Positions 1-7,094 of a DNA stretch of 19,307 nucleotides are shown piece after piece (within the stretch, counting starts at the first letter, position 1; every line of letters starts with the position of its first letter). The position numbers and the translations under genes were made by a program. The stretch spans positions 1 to 19,307 of the forward strand of contig JAWOBU010000246.1 in NCBI GenBank assembly GCA_046484135.1. Direction: 5' to 3'. The notes below the pieces were generated by a model. It made no database searches and was not told where the DNA came from. It worked only from the letters and a program-made list of their open reading frames with translations. Origin of the DNA: a bacterium (GTDB taxonomy: Bacteria; RBG-13-61-14; DATKZS01).

Positions 1-932
1 AAGTAAAAGCTCTTCTCAGCCAGGTGTAAAAGACGTGTCTGGATAAAGCGAGAACGCACCTCGACCTTGTTGCCGCGCGCTTCCAGCTCCAGCCGCCGGC
101 ATCCGCAAGGATATGCCGAAGGCGAACAAGTAACGAGGCATAAAGCGTTCGTGTTGCCGATATGCTCGGCCCGGTTCTTCAGGGCGCCGCCGGCAAGCAC
201 CAGCACCACCCGAGGATGGTCGTTTAAAATTTTTAACAGCTCGAGGCGGTCCGACTCGGCCAAGGCCGACTTCTCTATCCCCTGCGCTTCCAAGGGAGGC
301 GCATGAAGAACCAGGACCGCGGGAACGTGGCTTTCTTTTCCGAGCTCGTGCAGAAGCCACTTAAGTTGCCTTTCCCGGTCCGCAAACCTGCCTTCGCCCG
401 TGAGCGGCACCACTTCGGAAGCGTCCAGGTGGATAAAGCGTACACCTTGATGGAGGTAGGAGTAATAGCTCGCGGCCTTGTTAAAGCCAAAGCCGGAAAG
501 CTCGGCAACGAACTTCTCTTTCTTCAGCGCTACGGAGCAATCGTCCTCCCCGACAGTGAGGCGCGGCATGGCATTAAGTCCCGACAGCCAGAAGCGGGCC
601 TTTTCAAGCTGGCCCTTTTTGCCGGAACGCAGAAGGTTTCCGGAGTGGACCAGGAGGAAATCACTGCCGCCGTTCATGGAGACAGCCTGTTCCACCAGGT
701 CGTCTGCCAGGGCATAGGTTTCGCCGATCATGTAGCCGCCATGGACGAGGCCGCTCCTGCCCTTATCGTCGCCCGAGGTAAACAGGGTGTCGGTAAAGTG
801 GAAGAATCCCGCGTTTACGCTTCCCAGGTCAGCCCGGGCCTTGAAGCTCCAGCTTCCCGTCATGCCCGCGGCTGCCGCGGCACCGCTTATTTTCAGAAAC
901 CTCCTGCGGCCTTCATCATAAACTCCGCTCAT
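1..932 (-). CDS. Tat-exported calcineurin-like metallophosphoesterase-fold protein with degenerate metal-binding motifs; 3' end beyond the window edge; not in the supplied ORF track
   Basis: Manual translation of the minus strand from the ATG at 932 (SD AAGGAGG just upstream) is open for about 310 codons to position 1. It starts MSGVYDEGRRRFLKISGAAAAAGMTGSWSFKARA|DLGS (twin-arginine signal, A-R-A cleavage site). Blocks FFHFTDTL, DFLLVHSGNL, LTVGEDD, YYSYLHQGVRFIHLDAS, QLKWLLHEL, PAVLVLHAPP and LLKILNDHPRVVLVLAGGAL follow the order and spacing of the CpdA/Icc-type fold. Confidence 0.85.
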   Translation of the reverse strand, partial: MSGVYDEGRRRFLKISGAAAAAGMTGSWSFKARADLGSVNAGFFHFTDTLFTSGDDKGRSGLVHGGYMIGETYALADDLVEQAVSMNGGSDFLLVHSGNLLRSGKKGQLEKARFWLSGLNAMPRLTVGEDDCSVALKKEKFVAELSGFGFNKAASYYSYLHQGVRFIHLDASEVVPLTGEGRFADRERQLKWLLHELGKESHVPAVLVLHAPPLEAQGIEKSALAESDRLELLKILNDHPRVVLVLAGGALKNRAEHIGNTNALCLVTCSPSAYPCGCRRLELEARGNKVEVRSRFIQTRLLHLAEKSFY

Positions 933-1015
933 TTCAATCCTCCTTTTTTAAACCGCCCGCTCCTTGTCCGGCTTCTCGCGAAGTTTCTCCTAAGGCTCCA
1001 TTTCCAGACATCTCT

Positions 1016-1021
1016 ATTATA
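1016..1021 (-). promoter_or_regulatory. Possible -10 box (TATAAT) for the Tat-protein gene
   Basis: Plus-strand ATTATA at 1016-1021 reads TATAAT on the minus strand, about 85 nt upstream of ATG 932. The -35 position (TTCGGG) is poor. Confidence 0.35.
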
Positions 1022-1022
1022 T

Positions 1023-1132
1023 GAGGCTTTTGCAAAATCCCGAATTCTTGCGGTGGGAGCGAGCTCCCGCTCGCGATAATCGAGACCGGGAGGTCTCTCC
1101 CACCATGCGGTCAACCTTTTTGCAAGAAGCTA
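1023..1132. mobile_element. MITE-like 110-bp segment with imperfect terminal inverted repeats, carrying a REP doublet
   Basis: Left end GAGGCTTTTGCAAAA (1023-1037) matches the reverse complement of the right end, TAGCTTCTTGCAAAA (1118-1132), at 11/15. ATAT flanks both sides (1019-1022, 1133-1136). Confidence 0.35.
1053..1103. repeat. Inverted REP doublet (REPIN-like), GTGG class
   Basis: GTGGGAGCGAGCTCCCGCTCGCGA (1053-1076, +) and GTGGGAGAGACCTCCCGGTCTCGA (1080-1103, -), 20/24 identical, separated by TAA. Each is GTGG-GA, a 6-bp stem with TCCC loop, then GA. Confidence 0.8.
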
Positions 1133-1138
1133 ATATAT

Positions 1139-2521
1139 TTATCCTTGCTGCGAAGAGAACTTTTGATACCAGTGCAGAAGCTCTTCAGCATTCTCTTCTA
1201 TGGATTTGACCTCTGGGATGGAGGCGGCAAGTTTTTCAAGCTCCGAGGGATCACTGGCAATCTCTCTTATCACCCGCGCCAGGTCGGCCGGGTCTCCCGG
1301 CTGGAAAGTACGGCCGCCACCATTCTCGAGAAGCTCCTTCATGCCGCCCATGTCCGAAGCCACCACCGGCACGCCTGCCATAAATGCTTCGTGCATGGTG
1401 AGCGGCGAGTTCTCGTACCACAGGGAAGGCACGATTACCGCGTCCAGGCCTGCGAGCACTTCGGCTATGTCATGGTGCTCGAACCTTCCCATGAACCTGG
1501 TGCGGGGGTTTCGCGACATGCACCGGAGCCGCCTGGCATAAGCCGGAAACCAGCTTAAGTCCCCGTAGACCAGAAGCTCGGCAGGAGCATCACTCGCCAT
1601 GTTCATGGCCTCGACCGCCACGTGCAGTCCCTTGTGCTCGACCGGCGTGCCCACATACCCGAACCGAACGGTCTCTCCCGGCATCTTCTTTAGTCCCTGA
1701 AAAGGCGTTTTGTCAAAGCCGTAATCGGAATGGACGATCCTCTCCCGCTCCACTGCTCCGGCCTCCACTGTCTTTTCCAGCATGAACCGGGAAGGCGCGA
1801 TAACCAGGTCGGCGGATGCCAGTGCGTTCTTCATGGTCTTTTGTCTTTGTTCGATCATGGCAAGCCGTTTTTTATAGGACGAGTCCGGGTCGCTGAGCTC
1901 GCGGGCCTGCTTCCAGAAGCGGAGCCGTTCTACAAGCGGTCTGGGCAAACTCCTTTTCATGTCATGCGCGGTCCGAACCAGGCTCTCGTAGATTTTGCCG
2001 AGAGTGGTGTTCTCCGCGCTCCCGGAGTAAAGGACCCCGATGGCGTTTCCGCACTGCGCGCATTTTGGCGGCGCCGGGCCGGAGCACAACACTCCCCGCG
2101 GCTGTAAGAGCAGTATGGGCGGACAGATGAACCAGTAGTCGGCCAGGGTTACCAGCACGGCCGCTCCGTGTTTTTTGGCTGTTTCGATCATTCCCGCAGA
2201 AAGCCGGAAGGTATGCTGGAAGTGGACCACGTCGGGCCGGAGCTCGTCGAGCAGTCCCTCGAAAGCGCGATCAATCCTTTCGTCGGTATAGGACTCGGCG
2301 AAGTTGCGGGGTTCGTGCCGGTAAAGCCGGAACACGGGTATGTCTTGCCAACGGTCTTCTTTTATCTCGACGTCCTGTCCGGAGGGCGGTCCGTCCTCCG
2401 AGGCCAGGACCCTCACCCGGTGGCCGTCCTCCTGGAAGCGGCGTGCCAGAAGCGAGGTATAGATTTCCGTGCCCGCCTGGTGTGCGGGCAGGAAGTAGTG
2501 GACCACGTAGAGGATATTCAT
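1139..2521 (-). CDS. Glycosyltransferase family 4 (GT-B fold, ExpE7-like)
   Basis: N-terminus MNILYVVHYFLPAHQAGTEIY; RPDVVHFQH; DYWFICP; FGYVGTPVEHKG; donor-binding motif VPSLWYENSPLTMHEAFMAGVPVVASDMGGMKE (E-x7-E). Confidence 0.93.
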   Translation of the reverse strand: MNILYVVHYFLPAHQAGTEIYTSLLARRFQEDGHRVRVLASEDGPPSGQDVEIKEDRWQDIPVFRLYRHEPRNFAESYTDERIDRAFEGLLDELRPDVVHFQHTFRLSAGMIETAKKHGAAVLVTLADYWFICPPILLLQPRGVLCSGPAPPKCAQCGNAIGVLYSGSAENTTLGKIYESLVRTAHDMKRSLPRPLVERLRFWKQARELSDPDSSYKKRLAMIEQRQKTMKNALASADLVIAPSRFMLEKTVEAGAVERERIVHSDYGFDKTPFQGLKKMPGETVRFGYVGTPVEHKGLHVAVEAMNMASDAPAELLVYGDLSWFPAYARRLRCMSRNPRTRFMGRFEHHDIAEVLAGLDAVIVPSLWYENSPLTMHEAFMAGVPVVASDMGGMKELLENGGGRTFQPGDPADLARVIREIASDPSELEKLAASIPEVKSIEENAEELLHWYQKFSSQQG

Positions 2522-2522
2522 A

Positions 2523-3500
2523 TCAGTCGCGGCGCTTCAAGACCTTCTCGTAGAGGTTATAAAGCGGTGTTGACTTCACCTTGTCCATGAAGTCCTGGAG
2601 GGCTGCCACGTGCTCGCGTAACGCTTTTATCTCCTCGTCCTTTTCCACCAGTTGTGCGACCAGGGACTCCCGCTCGCTGTCCTTTCTTTTCAAGGCCATG
2701 GTCCGCGCCAGCTCGAGCACCAGGGACAAGCCCCGGGTGTCGGCGGCATCCGCGGTCTCGCCTGATGCCAGGCCGGCGAGCTTTCCCCATCTGTCGCCCA
2801 GCCCGTGATAGGACCCGATCAGGAAGTGGCGATAGGCGGGCTCCGCCTTGTCAAAGTCGTAAAAGGCCCGGTTGTATGCTTCCATGAAGAAGGGGAGGGC
2901 ATGGGCCAGGTCGGGGTCGGAGTCCAGGGTATAATAGGCCGCCATCATGAGCATCCACCTGTCCAGCCGGCCGCTGGGTATGACCTGGACATCCAGTCCC
3001 TGGTCCACCATGTAGACCATGGTGCTCACCAGGTCCGGCAGCCGCACCTCGAGGTGCTCTTTCAGGAACTCCTGCTCGTAGCCGGCATGGCCTTTTATGA
3101 ACTCGTACACGGCACGATCCGCGGCCTTTACCGCTTCGGAGGCAAAAGGCGCGGCCACGATCACGTAGGAGGCGGCCACCCGGCAAAGCTCGAGGACAAA
3201 GTCATTGCGGAACTCTTCTGACACGTGCTCGAGGGTGTCCAGGGAAACCACGGCGCCGAAAGACCGGTCCGGAAAGGGAAGCCGCATACCTTCCGCCCGG
3301 ACGTATCCCGGGCCGGGGCCTTCCAGCCGGTCCGCGACGGTGATGTAGTGTTCCGGAAGGAACTGGTGGAGCGGGGGGGGAAACCCTCCCACCTCGAGGA
3401 TGGAAAGAGACGAGTCCTCCCCCTCCAGTATGGGCACCGCCTCGGAAAGAAGCCGATACCTCTGGTACTGATCGAACGGGAGCCGGTAAACGCTTTCGAT
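2523..3500 (-). CDS. Class I SAM-dependent methyltransferase-like protein with C-terminal coiled coil; probable ATC start at 3500 (track start GTG 3437)
   Basis: ILEVGG (degenerate motif I), RLPFPDRSFGAVVSLDTLEHV and ELCRVA..VIVAAPF are Methyltransf_11-like. The frame is open upstream of 3437 through IESVYRLPFDQYQRYRLL, and AGGAGG (3507-3512) lies 6 nt before ATC 3500. The stop is 1 nt before the GT4 ATG. Confidence 0.8.
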   Translation of the reverse strand: MESVYRLPFDQYQRYRLLSEAVPILEGEDSSLSILEVGGFPPPLHQFLPEHYITVADRLEGPGPGYVRAEGMRLPFPDRSFGAVVSLDTLEHVSEEFRNDFVLELCRVAASYVIVAAPFASEAVKAADRAVYEFIKGHAGYEQEFLKEHLEVRLPDLVSTMVYMVDQGLDVQVIPSGRLDRWMLMMAAYYTLDSDPDLAHALPFFMEAYNRAFYDFDKAEPAYRHFLIGSYHGLGDRWGKLAGLASGETADAADTRGLSLVLELARTMALKRKDSERESLVAQLVEKDEEIKALREHVAALQDFMDKVKSTPLYNLYEKVLKRRD

Positions 3501-3551
3501 CTTTGTCCTCCTCTGCGGTCTGCCGAGGCCGCGGTCATTGCCGGGCCGCTG

Positions 3552-4136
3552 TTATTTTCTTTCCCTCACCTTTTGGGCGGGAACTCCCGCAACAACGGAC
3601 ATGGAAGAGACCTCTCCGCTCACCACCGAGCCGGCGGCCACCACCGACCCGGTCTCCAGCCGGGCGCCCGGAAGGACCACCGCGCCCGCGCCTATCCACA
3701 CGTCATCCCCTATCAGCACCTCTTCGCTCTCGTGAGGCTGGTCCTGGATGGCCGCGTCCCGAGCGATGCCGTGGTTGGCCCCGATTATACACGCGAGCGG
3801 GCCTATGCTCACCTTGTCGCCTATGGATATGGCGGAGTCCACCGCCCGGATGGTCGCGCCGAAAGAGCACACGAAATCATCGCCGATCTTGATATGCCGG
3901 TGGCCGGTAAAGACCACGCACGGCTCGACCCGCGGGTTCTTCCCAACCTGCATGCCGTTCTCGCACGCCCTTGCCAGGGAATGGGCGTGAAGAAAGGCAG
4001 CTTCCTCTTGCCACCAGCCCAGGGAGGCGTCGTCAGCCAGCCACAGCCTTCCCTCCTTGAGCTCCCGAAAGATGCGGTCCACCTCCGGGTCGTTCATCAG
4101 GCGGTAGATGAATTTAAGCTTTTGTAAAAACGGCAT
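3552..4136 (-). CDS. Hexapeptide-repeat (left-handed beta-helix) O-acyltransferase, maltose/galactoside acetyltransferase-like
   Basis: Repeats IKIGDD, ISIGDKVSIGP and VLIGDDVWIGAGAVVLPG; GANH His motif; C-terminal SVVAGVPAQKVR. Confidence 0.9.
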   Translation of the reverse strand: MPFLQKLKFIYRLMNDPEVDRIFRELKEGRLWLADDASLGWWQEEAAFLHAHSLARACENGMQVGKNPRVEPCVVFTGHRHIKIGDDFVCSFGATIRAVDSAISIGDKVSIGPLACIIGANHGIARDAAIQDQPHESEEVLIGDDVWIGAGAVVLPGARLETGSVVAAGSVVSGEVSSMSVVAGVPAQKVRERK

Positions 4137-4151
4137 CTGTACACCCGGCCG

Positions 4152-5954
4152 TCAACGGGCAGCGCCCGCCCGGTTCTCGTAATTGCCGGCGACAGGTTCG
4201 CCGAAGCTGCTTACCATGCAGGGACGGGACCAGAAAGCGGCGCAGTACTGGTTCTCGCCCGAAGGAGTAATGGTCCGAAGCTTCAGCTCCACCTTTTTCC
4301 CTCCGAACATTGTAAGGTCTACCTCCCGATCAAGCCAGCCCCGGTGGGAAGGATCGCTTTTGGGATCAATATGCTCGGAAAACACCACTCTTTCTTTCCG
4401 GAGCCTGGACTTTATCCGGACCTCGAAGGTAACACCCCCGCCCGGCTTGTCATAAACGTCGGGCGACATGGCGATGCCGAAACGCAAGGTGCTTTTGGGT
4501 CTTACGTGCACGTGATATGCGGCGCTTGCGGGCGGATGCATGAGGATACACATCCGGTCCTCCCCCTGGATGCGGACCCGGTAGAGCTGGACGAACTCCG
4601 GATCATCGGTCTCTACGTTTGCATCTTCGAATCGGGCGGCGAGGTCGGCGTATCCTGCCGCGGACTTGATGGCTTCGATCTGGTTGGCCAGTCCCTGGAA
4701 CTCCTGGTGCAGCTCGTAAATCCTCTGGCGGGGAAGTCCGGGCAGGTCCAGGAGGGGCCGGTTCAGGAAAAAGGAGGTGCTCTCGTTCGTCTTGGCAACT
4801 CCCATCTCCTTGCACTTCTCGTAAAGGGGAGTGCCGGGGAAGGGGTAGAATATGGATACCTGGACATGGTGGGGCTTTATGATCCGGTTCAGCTCCATGG
4901 TCTCGCGGATGGTCTCTTCGGTGTCGCCGGGAACGCCTATCATGTTGAAGTCCCATGTTTCGAGTCCGAGCTCGTCCGCCCACTCGAAGACCTTGATGAT
5001 CTTATGGTTGGACATGTTTCTGTTCATGACTTCTTTGCGGATGCGTTCGCTGCCGCTCTCTACTCCCACAATGATCGAGTAAAGACCGGCTTCCTTCATC
5101 CAGCCCATCATCTCCCGGTCCACGGTCTCCACCCGGAGGAACACCTGAAAAGGAGTTGAGAACCTTTTTTTGTACTCCTCGCAGAACTCATGCACCCGGC
5201 TTTTTTTAACGGCGAACACTTCGTCCCAGAAGATAAGGCTCTTTAACCGGGGGAACCGCTTATGAAGATGGTCTATCTCGTCCATGAGCTCGGCCAGGTC
5301 TCGATGTCTTACCCATTTGGCGTTACCGCCCGCCAGGTCGGCCAGCACCGTGTTGCAGCAGTAGGTGCAGCGGAACGGGCAGCCGCGCGAGGCCATCACC
5401 GATACCTGGCCGTCGTTCATCCTCATGAGCAGGTCTTCGTCGAAAAGCTCCCGGTCGGGCCAGGGCAGGCCGGAAAGCTCCACCGGCGGCCGAAGCGGGT
5501 TCCGGATGATCTCTCCGCTTGCCGTGCGCGCCCACACGTTCTGTATTTGCGTGTAGTCTCTGTCCTCGGACAGGGCGACCAGAAGCTCGAGGAGCGGGTA
5601 CTCGCCCTCCCCCCGGACAAGCGCGTCCACCGGCACTTCTTCCATCACGTTGTCAGGATCAATGGTCGCATGAATGCCGCCGATTACCATGAACCGGTCC
5701 ATGCTCTCTTTGAGAACGCGGGCGTACCGCCTGGTAAAAGGGAACTGCTGGGTGGTGGAAGAGAAAGCGATCACGTCGGGGTTTATGCGCAGGGCCTCGC
5801 TTGCGAGCTCGCTGTCTTCCCACTCGCGGGAGAGGTAGAGAAGCTCGACCTGGTGGCCGGCCTGTTTGAGGACCGATGATATCCATGCCAGGCCGTGCTG
5901 GAAGTGGGGAAACTGTATGGTGTTTATGTCCGGGTATATTAAAAGGAGCTTCAT
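4152..5954 (-). CDS. Cobalamin-binding-domain radical SAM protein (class B-like) with an extra C-terminal beta-rich domain
   Basis: B12-binding-like N-terminus (GLAWISSVLKQAGH, VIGGIHAT, VRGEGEY); SRGCPFRCTYC CxxxCxxC; WDEVF, GVESGSERI, MIGVPGDT and PFPGTPLY; about 160 aa C-terminal extension. Confidence 0.92.
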   Translation of the reverse strand: MKLLLIYPDINTIQFPHFQHGLAWISSVLKQAGHQVELLYLSREWEDSELASEALRINPDVIAFSSTTQQFPFTRRYARVLKESMDRFMVIGGIHATIDPDNVMEEVPVDALVRGEGEYPLLELLVALSEDRDYTQIQNVWARTASGEIIRNPLRPPVELSGLPWPDRELFDEDLLMRMNDGQVSVMASRGCPFRCTYCCNTVLADLAGGNAKWVRHRDLAELMDEIDHLHKRFPRLKSLIFWDEVFAVKKSRVHEFCEEYKKRFSTPFQVFLRVETVDREMMGWMKEAGLYSIIVGVESGSERIRKEVMNRNMSNHKIIKVFEWADELGLETWDFNMIGVPGDTEETIRETMELNRIIKPHHVQVSIFYPFPGTPLYEKCKEMGVAKTNESTSFFLNRPLLDLPGLPRQRIYELHQEFQGLANQIEAIKSAAGYADLAARFEDANVETDDPEFVQLYRVRIQGEDRMCILMHPPASAAYHVHVRPKSTLRFGIAMSPDVYDKPGGGVTFEVRIKSRLRKERVVFSEHIDPKSDPSHRGWLDREVDLTMFGGKKVELKLRTITPSGENQYCAAFWSRPCMVSSFGEPVAGNYENRAGAAR

Positions 5955-6059
5955 CAGGTCTACATGATATGCTAAACGGAGGAACCGAAAAAATCCAGGG
6001 GCGGTAATTTATGGAGCAAGAGTTTTTCGCGGCTTAAGCTTGGATTATTTTTACAGGGA

Positions 6060-6974
6060 CTAATAGATATAGACCATGGTGCCGACCTCGACCATCCGCA
6101 CCAGTTGCCGGAGGTCCTTGTTGTTCATGCGGATACAGCCGTGCGAGTACTTGCCCGGCCGGATGGTGCCGCTCCTGGTGCCGTGAATGTAGTATCCCTG
6201 GCCGATGCCCAGCTTCCACGGACCCAGGACCCCTTCGAGGCCGCGTTCTTCCAGGGTGATGTCTTCCGGAACCTCCAGGCCCCGCTCCGTCCACACCCAG
6301 TCCGGCCGGTACCAGACCGGGTCTTCGATCATGCTCTCTACCTGGAAAACGCCCACGGGGGTGGAAAAGTCATGGACCTTTGTCCTGCCTTTGCCGGTCA
6401 CCACCGGGTACTCGTACAGGGGCTGGGTGCCCAGCTTCACCAGCAGCCGGTCAGCCTGCAAATCAATCTCGATGTAGATGGTCTCCGCGTCCACCGAGCG
6501 GCGGAGCGACCGGTTCAGCATCTTGTGCCGGAAGAGCTGCTCTTCCATTTCGGCAAGCTTTCTCTTGTAGGTCACAACCGAGGTGTCCAGCTTGCTCGAA
6601 AGTATCTTGATGACGTAATCCTGGGCCTTGGAAAGCTCGGAACCGTCCTCATAGAGGTTCGAGTAGCTTTTGAACATCTCGAGGGCCCGTTCGGTGTTGC
6701 CGAGCTTGAGCTCCGCCTGCCCGGCCCGGAACCGGGCGTGCCGGGCGGCTTTGGTGGAAGGGTAGTCCTTTATGATCTGCCGGTACAGGGCAAGAGCGTT
6801 CTCATGGTCTCCGGATTCATAGAGTTCTTCCGCGTCCTGGTAGGTCTTCTCCGCCTGGCGGATGTCCTCCGGGCCGGCGCTCCCGAGGTCCTGCCCGGAT
6901 TTGGGACATGTCGCTCCCGAAAGCACGGTCACCAACAGCAAGGCCGCAAACAGCATCCACCACGGTCTCTTCAT
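6060..6974 (-). CDS. Exported L,D-transpeptidase (YkuD family) with N-terminal TPR region and coiled-coil linker
   Basis: Hydrophobic signal MKRPWWMLFAALLLVTVLSGATC; TPR-like YQDAEELYESGDHENALALYRQIIKDYPST; YPVVTG, TPVGVF and DPVWYRP; catalytic motif YIHGT...SHGCIRM. Confidence 0.9.
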   Translation of the reverse strand: MKRPWWMLFAALLLVTVLSGATCPKSGQDLGSAGPEDIRQAEKTYQDAEELYESGDHENALALYRQIIKDYPSTKAARHARFRAGQAELKLGNTERALEMFKSYSNLYEDGSELSKAQDYVIKILSSKLDTSVVTYKRKLAEMEEQLFRHKMLNRSLRRSVDAETIYIEIDLQADRLLVKLGTQPLYEYPVVTGKGRTKVHDFSTPVGVFQVESMIEDPVWYRPDWVWTERGLEVPEDITLEERGLEGVLGPWKLGIGQGYYIHGTRSGTIRPGKYSHGCIRMNNKDLRQLVRMVEVGTMVYIY

Positions 6975-7014
6975 CAGCCTGTCCCCCTGTGTCAGGTCTT
7001 TTATGTTTTTTTAT

Positions 7015-7044
7015 ATATTAAAATAAGGCAATCCGGTTTGTCAA
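7015..7044 (-). promoter_or_regulatory. Sigma70-like promoter for the L,D-transpeptidase gene
   Basis: Minus strand TTGACA (7044-7039), 18-nt spacer, TAATAT (7020-7015), 40 nt upstream of ATG 6974 and directly after the upstream terminator. Confidence 0.6.
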
Positions 7045-7045
7045 T

Positions 7046-7094
7046 AAAAATGAAAGCCGCCTCCCCGCTCCGGCGGCGGAGAAGCGGCTTTCAT
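7046..7094 (-). terminator. Rho-independent terminator of the B12-subunit/thiolase/DUF35 unit
   Basis: Perfect 11-bp inverted repeat ATGAAAGCCGC (7050-7060) / GCGGCTTTCAT (7084-7094), extendable inward with G-U pairs, followed on the minus strand by a T-run (plus-strand A-run 7046-7050). Confidence 0.8.

Noticed and set aside
303..1079. 258-aa plus-strand ORF in the track
   Set aside because: Antisense shadow of the real minus-strand Tat protein (1-932); no recognisable motifs.
3161..3538. 125-aa minus-strand ORF starting at ATG 3538
   Set aside because: Out of frame with the methyltransferase, Arg/Ser/Pro-rich and without an SD. Its ATG lies in a small imperfect tandem duplication (3521-3538 versus 3539-3555) of no evident function.
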